Both the position numbers and the translations under genes were made by a program. Below the pieces are notes generated by a model. The model was not told where the DNA came from. It worked only from the letters and a program-made list of their open reading frames with translations, and searched no databases. A stretch of 64,000 nucleotides of DNA, taken from positions 1,180,001 to 1,244,000 of the forward strand of contig MU054338.1 in assembly GCA_013239625.1 (NCBI GenBank). Direction: 5' to 3'. The stretch is from Lama guanicoe (taxonomy: Eukaryota). Positions 53,204 through 64,000 of the stretch are shown piece after piece. Within the stretch, counting starts at the first letter, position 1. Every line of letters starts with the position of its first letter.

Positions 53204-53360
53204 GGGGAGTGGTGGTAGGCGTAGCTCAGTGGGAGGGCGCAAGCTTATTTAGCATGCACAAGGTCCAGGGTTCAACCCCAGCACCTCCTCCAAATATAAA
53301 TAAATAAATTAGCCTAATTACCTCCCCCTCATAAAACAGAAGGAAAAAAAATAATAAAAC
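53204..53360 (+). mobile_element. tRNA-derived SINE (Vic-1-like)
   Basis: A box tagctcagtgg, B box ggttcaacccc, tail aaataaattagcctaattacctcccc. Confidence 0.85.
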
Positions 53361-54024
53361 CAGGAACTTAGAAATGCCAGGAAAAGAACACGAGTACCCT
53401 CCATCACCTGACTACTCAAAAGTAACCAGTCATAACACTTCAGTGTATTTATTTATTACCTTTTTTCCAAAGATAGAATCTTTTTACATCATTTGGCGAG
53501 GGAATGTCGGCCTTTTCATGTGGGGATGCGAAAAAACAGTACATCCTAACAGAATCAGGCTGCGGGGAGAGAACTAGCGGCTTGATAAAGACGGAAAATC
53601 CTGAATCTCGTCTTTTGAGGATTATTATGAATTCATGGCATTCAAACGAGTCGTCTCCTGAACTGGACGTTGACGAATCATTTTTGATGAGGGATAGCTG
53701 CAAGGAGGCCCCTGGGGGCCTTCAGCACCCCGGGGAACTTTAGGAAGAGCATCCCTTCTCTCTGGTAACGAGATATTCCCCGTCCATGGGCACCTTCCCT
53801 GCCCTGAAACATAAAACCGGCAGTTCTCCAATGAGCCCTCATTCTAGGAGTGGGGAAAGTCCTGACGAACGCATTTTGGACATGGTGGGCCCGGCTCTGA
53901 TTGCTGCACACAGATTTGTGATGGAAAACTGATGAAAGTCTACTTCAGTGGTCAGGTAGAAGTAACGTTTCAACAACTGCGAGCTCGCCTTGCTCTTTCT
54001 AATTTAGCTCTAACAGTAATACTT

Positions 54025-54250
54025 GCCCCAGCAACACAGCCTGCCTGCGGGCCAGGCCCCGCCCACCACCTGTCCTTGTAAATAAAGCTTTATTGGGACA
54101 TAGCCACGCCCATACGCTGACATGTGGCCGACAGCCGCGTCCCACCTTCCAGGGCCGATTCCACTAGTTGCTGCAGAGGGGCCAGCAAAGTGGAAAATGA
54201 AAATATTTACTCTCTGGTCCTTTACAGAAAACATTTGCAGATCCCTGCTC
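54025..54250 (+). mobile_element. MER58A-like MITE
   Basis: ttgtaaataaagctttattgggacatagccacgccc...aaaatatttactctctggtcctttacagaaaa. Confidence 0.75.
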
Positions 54251-54852
54251 TAGAAATGCCTCACCCAAAGTCTAATTTTATTTTTTACTTCTAGCATTTG
54301 GTGACCCACATAAGTCTCTGAAGATCCTATTAGAACGTGTGTAATTTTTTTCTTTTCTTTCCTTTTCTTTTTTCTTTTCTTTTTAGAATTTGTGTAATTT
54401 CTTATTCCTCTTAGCTGTCGGCATAAAATAGAAGTCCAGGCCACGAGAGTAATAGCAACATATTTAAAACAACTGCTGGTTAGGAAGTAAGACCTACGAT
54501 CACAGAGGCTGTCAGGACGAGTGCGAATGACTCGCCGCTGACTGGGTCAGAGACCGGGCATGTGACCCGCCTTGGCCAGTGAGAGGAGAGGAAACCCTGC
54601 GGGGCGGGGTGGGGGGGGTGCCGATCATCCCGAGGCTGGAGGCTGCCTGGCTCGGGGCTATTTGTTCCGTAAACTAATAAATCTCTTCATGGAGTAAAGC
54701 AGGCTGAGTCAGGTTCTGTGACCATAGGCATGTAACTGACCCAGGTGCAGCTGACCCTGGTGGCCACCTCTGAACACCTCCCGCTAATGACGGACAGGGA
54801 AGGGGCTGTCCTTGCTTCTGTTATCATCATCCCTGACGCCCTGTGGTTATTT

Positions 54853-55335
54853 GCAGTCGTCCCACGGTATCCTGGGGGTACTGGCTCCAGGACCCCTTTG
54901 GATACCAAAACCCGATGATGCTTAAGCCTCTTACATAAAATGGCAAAGTATTTGTACCTGACCTATGCACGAATGATACACATATCACTTCTAGACAGCT
55001 TACAATACCTGATACAATGTCAATACTGCATAAATAGCTAGCTATGCACCGCAATTTTTTTATATTTTGTTTTTAAGCTATTTTGGGGGGAAGAAGGTAA
55101 TTATGTTTCTTTTTTCTTTTTTTTTTTTTAAGCGGGGGTACTGAGGACTGAACCCAGGACCTCACGCATGCTAAACATGCACTCTACCACTGAGCTATAC
55201 CCTCCTCCCTGTGCACAGCAAATTTAACTTTGGCGTCTTAGAATTTTCTTAAAGTGGGTTTTTTTCATATTTTCAATCCGCAGTTGGTTGAAACTGTGGA
55301 GGTAGAGCCTGCTGACAGGGAGGGCCGATTGTGTA
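54853..55335. mobile_element. MER2-like TcMar-Tigger MITE, split by a SINE
   Basis: cagtcgtcccacggtatcc..ccaggacccc..ggataccaaaa ... atattttcaatccgcagttggttgaa..gagggccgattg. Confidence 0.7.
55075..55209 (-). mobile_element. tRNA-derived SINE (Vic-1-like) inserted in a MER2-like element
   Basis: Reverse-complement A/B boxes (ctaccactgagctataccc; gaacccaggacc), T-rich tail, degenerate TSD tgcaccgcaattt/tgcacagcaaattt. Confidence 0.85.
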
Positions 55336-56899
55336 AACAGTTGCCTGGTGTATCCACAGGGATAATCTGGGATAATTTCCCCATCTCAAGATCCTTCATT
55401 TAATCCCATCTGCAAAATCCCTTTTGCCATGTAAGATAACACATTCACAAACTCTGGGGATCAGGATGTGGACATCCTTGGGGCCATTATTGTGCTGATC
55501 ACACAGTGAATAGAATGCTCTAGACCTCAATAAGAGGTCCTAGTCACACAGACGTGTGCACTTGTCAAAACTCAGCAAATGCATCCTTCGGTTTTATGCA
55601 AGTCATTGTAAATTTTACTTCAAAAGAAAAAATAGACAAATATCAAATTATTTAATCATATGCTAATGATATGCATGCCAAATTACTCAGGGAGTAGTGG
55701 ACTGATGTCTGCAACTGTGAAATGCATCAAAAATAGATGAAGTGACGGGTGGACAAAGGGATGGGAAGATGACAGGTATAATAAAAAAGGAATGACAGAA
55801 TTTCTATCATTAGGAACGTGTTAGGAATACAGGTGTTTACTGTCAAATTATTTAAACTTTGATATATGTTTGAAATTTTTCAAAATCAAATATTGCTGGG
55901 GAAAACCCTGAATAATTTTTTTACCACTCTGTGGGTTAGTGGGCACTTCTGCTGATCTCGTCTGAGCTAATCCACGAGACCACAGACGCCGGGAAGGCTG
56001 GGTAGGTTTTGCTGGAGGTCCCGGACGGCTTCGTTGGCACACTGAGCAGTTGGTGCTGGTTGCTGACCGGGAGGCCTCAGTTCCCCCTGGGGCCTCACAG
56101 CCTCCAAGAGGCTACACTGGTTCCCTACATCATGACGATCAAAGTCCCACACCTAATTTCTGCCACATTCTATAGATCACAGCGAGTTACACGGCCAGGC
56201 CTAGATTTAAACGGGTGGAGAAACAGAACCCTCCTCTGGATGGGAGAAGCCGATATGCAAAGGGGCAGGCATATCGGGATGGGAGGAATTTGCGGTCACT
56301 GCACAACCCACCCAAGCCCTTTGGGTCAGTTGTTTAAGTTCATGTTTCGTTAGCAGCTGTTCTGACCCCTGATGCTGCTTACTTGGTAGTTTTCGGCCAT
56401 CAGTTCTTACTTGATAATGGCATTTAGTGATTGGAGGGTCAGCAAGGTCACCTCTAGGCAGTTCACTCTGTGAGACAGAAGGAAAACAATGCAAGCCATG
56501 CAGTGTCCAAAGACATTGTGAAAAGACCCTATGACCACCCACCTGCAGTGGAATTTGTACATGGGACGAGTTACAACTCAAATGCATGCAGTCTGCTCTG
56601 GCCCCGTCTGACTGCATGACCCTCGTCTGAAGTTGGAGGGCTTCTGGGCTTTCCAGGCTTGAAGGCTGCGGAAGCAGGTGATATCCCCAGGAGCTCGCGG
56701 CTCTTCACGAGCTCTTTGCTCATTCAGGCAAAGACTCCTGATGGTTTTGAGACCCTTGGGTCCACTGTGGATGGGGACCTGGAACGCTGAACAAGTGTGA
56801 TTCTCATCACGCACAATACTGTCTCATATTGCTACCGAGACTTCTCAAACAGCTGTGGTCAGTAAGACAGGGGCTGAAGGATAGACACTGGAGAGGTGA

Positions 56900-58170
56900 G
56901 GAGCCCAAGACAGAGCGTATCCACACTGAGGGTGGATTTATGATGGAGGCGGTAGTGCAGAGCAGTGCAGAAAGGACAGTCACACAATAAAAGATGCTGG
57001 GACCCCTACCTCACACCAAACGCAAAGACAATCTGTGGAGGACTGAAGACCTAAATATGAAAGATAAAACAACAACACTTCAAAGGTGATAGAGGTAATA
57101 CTTTCATAATCTTGTGGCAATGATTTCTGAAACAGGTAACATAATAATAAAGGAAAAGAAGGAAACACTGGGTTATATAACATTAAGAACTGTTCAAAAG
57201 ACAACTTAAGAGAGTGAAAAGGCAAGTCACAAAGGAGGCTTTCGTAATGCATACAACGGATAAAAGGCTCATCTCCAGAATTTATAAAGAATTCCCAGGA
57301 ATCACTGAGAGAAAATCAGGCAGCCAAGTTGAAAACTGGGCCACACATGATTCACAAAAGGGGGAAATCCGAATGGCCAACCAACTGCGAAAAGATGTTC
57401 AGCCTTATTAATAGATAGAGAAATGGACATGAAACCCACAATGAGATAGCACTACAGACCCAACAGGCTGGGAACAAAACTCCAGATGTGCTAATGAGAA
57501 GTGCTGGTGAAGGTGAAAGGCGATAGGAACTGTCATACCCTTGTGGTGGGTGGCAGTGTCATCTGGCGCAACGACTTTGGGATGCGATTGATGTAATCAA
57601 GTGAGTTTGGAGATTCGCAAACACCACACCCTGGCAACTCCAGTCTTAGGTGTATATACCCTAGGGAAACGCATGCACGCATATAGCCAGACATACTCAT
57701 GGCCACATTTTCTTTGGTAACAGCCCAAATCCAAAAATAATTCAAGTCAAATGGTACATAATTTGGTGGTATATTCACACAATGAAATGCACACAGTCAT
57801 GAAAATGAATACACACAGGTACACAGAACCACCTTGATGAATATTAATTGAAAGAAACCGGACACAAAAGAATACATGCAATATAATTCCACTTAAGTAA
57901 TGTTTTAAACAGGTAAAACTACATTTCAAAGGGCTGCATACTCATGTGGTCAAACTAAACAAAGCGAGAAAGTAATAATCATAAAACTCAAATTACTGGC
58001 TACACTAGGGGAAGGGAGGACTGCATTCATATGGGTCTTATGGTTGCAAGGGGGTGGGGGAGGGCTTCTAAGGTCCTAGCAGTGGTCATGTATTGGCTTT
58101 ATAATAACTTGTTAAATTATGTGTTTCTATGGCATGCACTTTTCTGAAAATGCATCACAATTCACGATAA
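56900..58170 (+). mobile_element. Old L1M ORF2 end/3' UTR relic
   Basis: Translation TDKRLISRIYKE..MANQLRK; gaaacccacaatgagatagcactac. Confidence 0.7.
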
Positions 58171-58210
58171 AAAGGTTTTCACAAATGATGTTTTAAAAGA
58201 CATCAGTAAG

Positions 58211-58335
58211 GGGGGGAGGGGATAGCTCAGTGGTAGAGCATGCGCTTAGCATGCAGAAGTTCCTGGGTTCAATCCCCAGTGGCTCCATTCAAAATAAATA
58301 AACCTAATTACTTCCCCTTCCAAAACAAAATTGAC
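58211..58335 (+). mobile_element. tRNA-derived SINE (Vic-1-like) with perfect 16-bp TSD
   Basis: gatagctcagtggtagagc...gggttcaatcccc; TSD aaaagacatcagtaag at 58195-58210 and 58336-58351. Confidence 0.92.
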
Positions 58336-58839
58336 AAAAGACATCAGTAAGTTAGATCATAACAAATTTTGGTATAAAGCCATGGTCACACTTTATTTCA
58401 CATTGTCTAGACTAGCAGTTCACCTGCTGGTAGAGTTCTTATGAAAGCAAACAGAGGGAATTCAGGAAGCTTTAGCCATTCAACATCGATGTAGAAACAC
58501 AGATCTTCTCAGGACGTAAACCAGGTACTGCTTTCGCCTCAGTGTTGCATCTTGTTGAAAATGTCCTGTTGCTATAGAGAGGAATCAAAATGTTCAAAAA
58601 ACAAAAACAAAACAAAACAAAACAAAAACACTCTGAGACACACGTCTTTTAGCAATACATAAGGAAATATTCTGAAATGTGAGAAAGAAGTGTTCAATTT
58701 TAATATGCCATATGCTGTATTATATTTTAAACTGACAGTCCCTAGATTTGAAACCATTTTTAATTTGTAAATATGAACTTTAAAAAGACCAAACAAACCT
58801 TTGGACAGAGACGGGGACTGCCAGCCTCCCCTCTCTGCT

Positions 58840-58960
58840 TGGGGTTTTGAGGGGAAGGGCAGGTAATTAGGTTACTTATAGTGGTGGTGCTGGGCAGTGA
58901 ACCCAGGACACCCCCTTCCATGCCAGGCACTCACTCTCCCACTGAACCACACCCTCGCCC
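58840..58960 (-). mobile_element. tRNA-derived SINE, more diverged copy
   Basis: aggtaattaggtt tail and gaacccagg/ccactgaaccac boxes in reverse. Confidence 0.75.
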
Positions 58961-59859
58961 TCCCCTCTTTGAAATGTCCGAGCCTGGAAATGGCTGAACT
59001 GATGATTCTGATCAGAATATCTTCCATCTCTGCACTTTATCCTCGTTGGCAAGATTATCTTTTCTAAGCAAATCAGGATGAACCCCCCAAACTGATGAAT
59101 TGACCATAGAAGGCTATTTCAAATCACCACTTTCAGGACCCACAGATGGTCAAGGGAGTTAAATTACTTTGGGGAAATAACTTACAAGATCTTTATTTTT
59201 TACACATACCACGTTTCCATGCCTGTCCAGGAAGAGATCAATGCAAGTGTTTATATTGCTGGTTAAAAAAAAAAAGCTTTAGATTTCCTGGAGCACAAAC
59301 TTTCTCACCTCATGTCATGTGTTTGCAGAGTCACAGCCCTTTCACCGCCGATGCTGAAGACATCTCGTGCGGTCCCATCTAGACGTTTCAGAACAGCCAT
59401 AACTTCTGTGGTGCTAGAATCGGGGAAAGAAAGGTTGGCTGGGGAGTGGAGGGAACTTCCTGGGATGCCCGAATGTTCTAGGTCTTGATGGGGTGTAGGT
59501 TATATGGGTTCCTACATTTGCCTAAACTCATCAAGCTACACTTGGGATCTGTGAGGTTCACTGTAAGTCAACTATATCTCAGTTAAGTTCAGTTGGTATA
59601 AAAATATTACATTTTTACCTTCAGGTCTGACATCTTTTCAAAGACACAGAAATCAGCTGTGAATGCAGAAAGCTGAGCCTGAGCCCACCCGGCCGCGGGG
59701 GTGACCAGGGAACGTCGCCACGCCTGTTCGCCTCACCTCACTGACATGTTTCCTGTTCGCTGATCTCACACCTGCCCAGCTCCCTCGCGGTAATTCTTTG
59801 AGGGTGTTCGTGCGACCCAGGGGTCGCCGAACCACCCCCCGCCCTGTCTGAGCCGGTGG

Positions 59860-59878
59860 CGGCCTCTAGAGGGCGCTG
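59860..59878 (+). promoter_or_regulatory. CTCF-like motif
   Basis: cGGCCTCTAGAGGGCGCTG closely matches the CTCF core CCASYAGRKGGCRS, inside a small CpG patch. Confidence 0.6.
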
Positions 59879-59959
59879 TTTACACAGCCAATCCCAGGAG
59901 TTTCCCTTTATTTCTGGGCTTCCGCAAGCAAGGTGCCAAGGTCACTTCTCAGCCACTTC

Positions 59960-60732
59960 CCGGAGTCTAGGACACTGGGGCTGTCCCAGAGAACAGCATT
60001 CACACCAAAAATGCCCACCATCGAAGAAAACATTTGGAGAGGAAGCAAAAAATTGGGGAGGAGCACCTGGAGATCAAGATTTCCCGCCCCAGGTAATTCA
60101 AGTGATTTTGAGCTGAAGGCAACTTGAGTTCCTGAAATCCCTTATCTTCCTAAAAACAGAGCCTCATATCGTCATGAATCCCTGCCTGGGATCAACTCTA
60201 ATTCTGTCTTCTCGGAGAAGACAAGACAGCTCCCAGACAGACTTCGCCAGTCACGTCTCTGGCCTGGTCTCCTGAGGCCCTTCCTAACGTTCATTTGCTC
60301 CCCCATACGTGGCCTTTCTCCCCTCCCTTCCCCCTATGACGATGGTACATGAGCTCTCAAGCCGCACTGCTCCTTGGGGGATTCACTTCTTTCTGTGGTG
60401 CCCCAAGCATATAAAATTAAAAATTAATGTGTTTGTGGGGGAGGGGGTAGCTCAGTGGTAGAACGCATGCCTAGCATGCACAAGGTCCTGAGTTCAATCC
60501 CCAGTACCTCCTCTAAAAAGTAAGTTAGTAAGCCTAATTAGCTCCCCATCAAAAAAAAAAAACCCACAAAAATAAAATAAATATAAATGTATAAATAATA
60601 ATAAATTAAGAAAATTAAAGTAAGTAATACAGTTTTATGCTTTTCTCCTGTTGAAATATCCTTTCTCAGTTTAATTTGCAGGCCCTCACTCACAGCTTAA
60701 GAGGGTAGAGGGAAAGATTTTCCTCACTTACA
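59960..60732 (+). mobile_element. ERV1-class solo LTR (MER34/MER39-like), interrupted by a SINE
   Basis: 3' end tttctcagtttaatttgcaggccc...aagagggtagagggaaagattttcctcacttaca. Confidence 0.55.
60437..60610 (+). mobile_element. tRNA-derived SINE (Vic-1-like) inserted in an LTR
   Basis: gtagctcagtggtagaacgcatgcctagcatgcacaaggtcctgagttcaatcccc, A-rich tail. Confidence 0.9.
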
Positions 60733-62169
60733 CAAATGAAGTTTGCCAATGAGGTAGCTGTGGGTTGATGTTTCTTGGTTCTAATTAGCCGGCGCCTAAG
60801 GTGGAATCACTTCCAATAAGACAGCCTAGTCTTCTCCTTGACCTCCTGGACCGGGGGGACAGCCTACAAGGGGGTCAGTGACCCCCCCAAACAGGTGGGG
60901 CCCAGCCCAGCCCAGGTGCCTGGGGCCCAGGGGCTCTGCCTGGATTTCATCTCTGGGCCATTTAAAGTCTCACACCCAGTCAGACTGTGGGGTTTGTCTG
61001 GGCACAGAATAGAATATTCACCCATGGGGACAGCATGGCCTTCATTAGATCAGGAATTAAGGATGTGACTGCGTTTGGGGAAAGGAACTGCAGTGGAGAC
61101 CAGCCAGGAGTTTGAAACTCTTGATGACATTGTTGGTTCCATCAGCAGTGATCAGATAACCAGGTGAGTCATGAAAGGGGAAATCAAGCCACTAGGTGTC
61201 TGCAGTCACTCTAGTTCAAGGATAAATCGAACAACAGGGACCCACCAAATATCACCTTTGGAGACACAAGGGGGTTCCCACCCAGTGCCACCTGGGAAGT
61301 ACTCAAGCTGACTTCATCAAGCCTTTGAATCCAATTTCCCACTTGTCAGAGATTTGGGGTCGGGGGCAGGAAATGAGCTAAGGCCACTGGAGCTGCCAGA
61401 GGTGACATTCTACAGGACAGGGGGCTTACTCTCTGCAGGAAGTCTGATCAGGAGAAAAGGGCGTCTGGTGGGCGTCTCAGCCCCTCCCCAAGTGGGTGTC
61501 TCTGCTCCGCTGCTTGGTTGTCTTCACAACGCGGCGGCCGGCTTCCCCAGCTCGAGCCTGGTGAGCCTGAAGACAGCCAGGGAAGCCATACCCCATCATT
61601 TTCCAGCCTCCGGCCCATCCTATTCCATGTGGGCAAGGACTACACAGGGCAGGAGTGTCTGATGGCACGGTCACGGAGGGGCCATCTCAGAGCCCTGGTG
61701 ACCACGGAGAGGGAAGGGAATGAACTTGCAGGATCCAGAATGCGACAGGCAACGAGAATCGGCGGTTCCACCTGAGTGACCCTCAAGTGCAGAGTTTTTA
61801 AACAGGTCTACTTCCTGGTGCAGCGGGAGGGTTCTGGGGCTTGGCCACCTGTCTGGTCTGTTGTCACATATGGGTGGTTGTCATCCATTTCTATTTGGCT
61901 TACACGGCATGGAGCAGATGCTATGTGTCGACCCCAGTGTCCTGCCCCTGTCCTCCTGCACACCTGCCCCCCAGCAACCAGCACCTTCTCTCTGCCCTCG
62001 GGCAGCTGGAACCTACTTCACCTGGACTCAGGAGAGCTGCGAATACCTGGGAGTTCTGTCCAATGACTGGCAGGTGTGGGGTACAAATGCCCCAGCTCCC
62101 TTGCCTCAGATGGGACAACTGAGATGTGACCCTCAATGCTTCCAGATTTCCAACAGGGGACCTTGTCTG

Positions 62170-62345
62170 ATAGCCCCGGGGCACGGATAATTCTTGGTTA
62201 TGGGTGGGAAGGCATCCTGGGCACTGTAGGGTATTGGAGCAGAATCCCCGGACCCCACCCAATCGATGCCAGGAGCCCCACAAAGTCGTGACAACCACAG
62301 ACGTCCCCAGAGGTCACCCAGTGTTTCCTGAGTCAGAATTACCCT
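62170..62345 (-). mobile_element. MER20-like MITE
   Basis: ggataattcttggttatggg..gtcgtgacaaccacagacgtccccag. Confidence 0.6.
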
Positions 62346-62679
62346 ATTGGATTTTCCCAGGAAATTCTAATTAACTGCCTTCCCAGAAATCTGTGTCTCA
62401 GGGTCTGCTTCTGGGAAACCTGGACCAAAAGAAAGACAGCAAGGGGAAAAAATAGAATTGAGAGCCTACAGCTTTCCAAATACACAGAAGGGCCTGTGAG
62501 GGTCACAGAGTGATGTGTCTGATTAACACACTTTTTTTTTTTTTGCGACTCAACTGAGCAAATTCTTTCCTACATCGAAGGTATTCTAGAGATTAGCCCA
62601 ATGACCTAACGTTTTATAAGCTTCAAGGCTGACGGTTATAATCCAGGGACGTTGGCCAGGAATGGGTATTCAACAAGCT

Positions 62680-62714
62680 GGAAGATTCTAGAACGTTCTG
62701 GAATGTTCCAGAAG
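62680..62714. promoter_or_regulatory. Perfect heat-shock element, 7 alternating nGAAn units
   Basis: gGAAg aTTCt aGAAc gTTCt gGAAt gTTCc aGAAg. Confidence 0.88.
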
Positions 62715-62899
62715 ACCCTTATGCCCTGCTCAGGAAGGACGATGTAGCTCGCAGGAGCCCTTGTAAAATGAGTGGTGGCACCTGAACCGAAGCGGCTGGG
62801 ATCCTGCCTCTGTCCCTCCACCGTGCTCAAACCTGCGATCTCTCAGGACTCGGAAAACCCAACGCCCTCCACGTAATGGGGCTCTGTCTTGACGAGCCC

Positions 62900-63725
62900 C
62901 AGTGCTGAGGTCCAGCAGCAGCTGCGTGGAAGGCTTGGGTCGTGAGGTCTCTGTGCCCGCGTCTCGGGGAGCGGACCGCTTGGCCCGCGCTACCGGGGAC
63001 ACGGACTGGGCCGGCTCCGCAGGCCTGGCGAGGCGGCGCCCGGGCCGGGGGCGCGCGCCGCCACCATCAGCAGCGACGGTGGCTTCTGTGTCCTGTCCTC
63101 GACGGCGTCTGAAACGAGCGGGTCTCTCCATTAGGGTTCAGGGGAAACTCCCTTCCACTCAGCTCCTGCCTCGCGGGTGACATGGGGGGCCGCTCCTCCG
63201 CGCCGCTGCGAGCGTGAAGGAGCCGGCGGTGCGGGGCCCCGCCCCCGCCCACGCGTGCCCTCCCCGTGGCTCCCCCTGTTCCTCAAGCGCTGCCGCCAAG
63301 CCCCCGTCTCTGGCGGGCTCCCGCCCCCAGCCCGCAGCCCTCAGGAGCCCGCCTGCCAAGTGCAGCCGCGTCGGCTCTCCCAGGAAACCTCGCCAAGGGG
63401 ACCGTCGTGGCTCCCCCGACCTCTGCCACCTCCCTGCTTCCAACCCGCAGCGCCTCCCGCTCCCGGACTGTCCTTCTGGGGGAGAAGCCCAGCCAGGGGA
63501 GGCCGCAGACGCGGGACGCGCCCAACCGGGGAGGCGGAGCAAGCGAGACCAGACAAGCTCTCCAGGGGCGAGCCTCCGAGTGACCTCACCTGCCGCACCC
63601 GGGCTCCGAGGCCTGCTTGTGCCCTGGGCGGCGGGAGGAGGACTCCTCTGGGGGCAGAGACCGCTGCGCTGGCGTGGGACGGGGACCCCCGCTCCCGGTT
63701 ATCGTGGCCGCCGCCGCCATCTATT
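62900..63725. promoter_or_regulatory. Orphan CpG island (promoter- or enhancer-like)
   Basis: High GC and CpG density, GC boxes (ggggccccgcccccgccc), no recognisable coding exon. Confidence 0.75.
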
Positions 63726-64000
63726 CACTTAGGATTTTTTTAAGCCCCTAGTACAACTGTATTTTCCATGCGTTCATTCCGGGACATCCAGTCGTTCTGG
63801 ATCTATAGCAAACGCAAGATGTTACTTCTTCTGTGATCAAAAGGTAGGCAGAGGGGAGGGGGCAGGGAGGCAGGTGGGCAGAGGAGACCTGAGCATCAGG
63901 GAAAGAAGGTCAGAGAGCCTGGCTTGCCTGTGGACACATCCGCTCTCTGCCTGTGGGCAGGTGACCTGGCAGGGCTGTGTTTCCCCATCTGAGACTGCCC

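Noticed and set aside
53204..60610. tRNA-like A/B box sequences as tRNA genes
   Set aside because: They have SINE tails and TSDs and no complete cloverleaf; they are SINEs.
62900..64000. MKNK2 exons at the right end
   Set aside because: No kinase-like translation found; that gene would lie beyond the window.

Overview
GC-rich mammalian genomic DNA, most likely camelid: it carries young tRNA-derived SINEs resembling Vic-1, and I saw no Alu, Bov-tA, PRE-1 or CAN-SINE. The window opens inside intron 1 of CSNK1G2 (casein kinase I gamma-2, + strand). Its 11 coding exons (14690-22013) splice by GT-AG rules into an intact 414-aa ORF, with a poly(A) signal at 22837. BTBD2 lies convergently on the - strand: 9 exons, stop at 33034, poly(A) signal at 32156, and its start codon is lost in a 120-N gap at 51037-51156. 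The rest is introns and intergenic DNA full of L1, MaLR/ERV LTR, hAT/Tigger MITE and SINE relics. Repeat family names are recognised by eye and their boundaries are approximate. Most notable observations: (1) a perfect seven-unit heat-shock element beside a TATA box and an orphan CpG island about 11.5 kb upstream of BTBD2; (2) ancient L1MB-type 3' ends that are far too similar to one another and share GC-shifted states; (3) sharply bounded AT->GC/CpG-gaining patches inside L1 relics; (4) several built-in post-transcriptional switches in CSNK1G2 (uORFs, a consensus decoy 5' splice site, and a stop codon at the last donor that would remove the palmitoylation tail). Nearly all ORFs in the six-frame track are GC-content noise.
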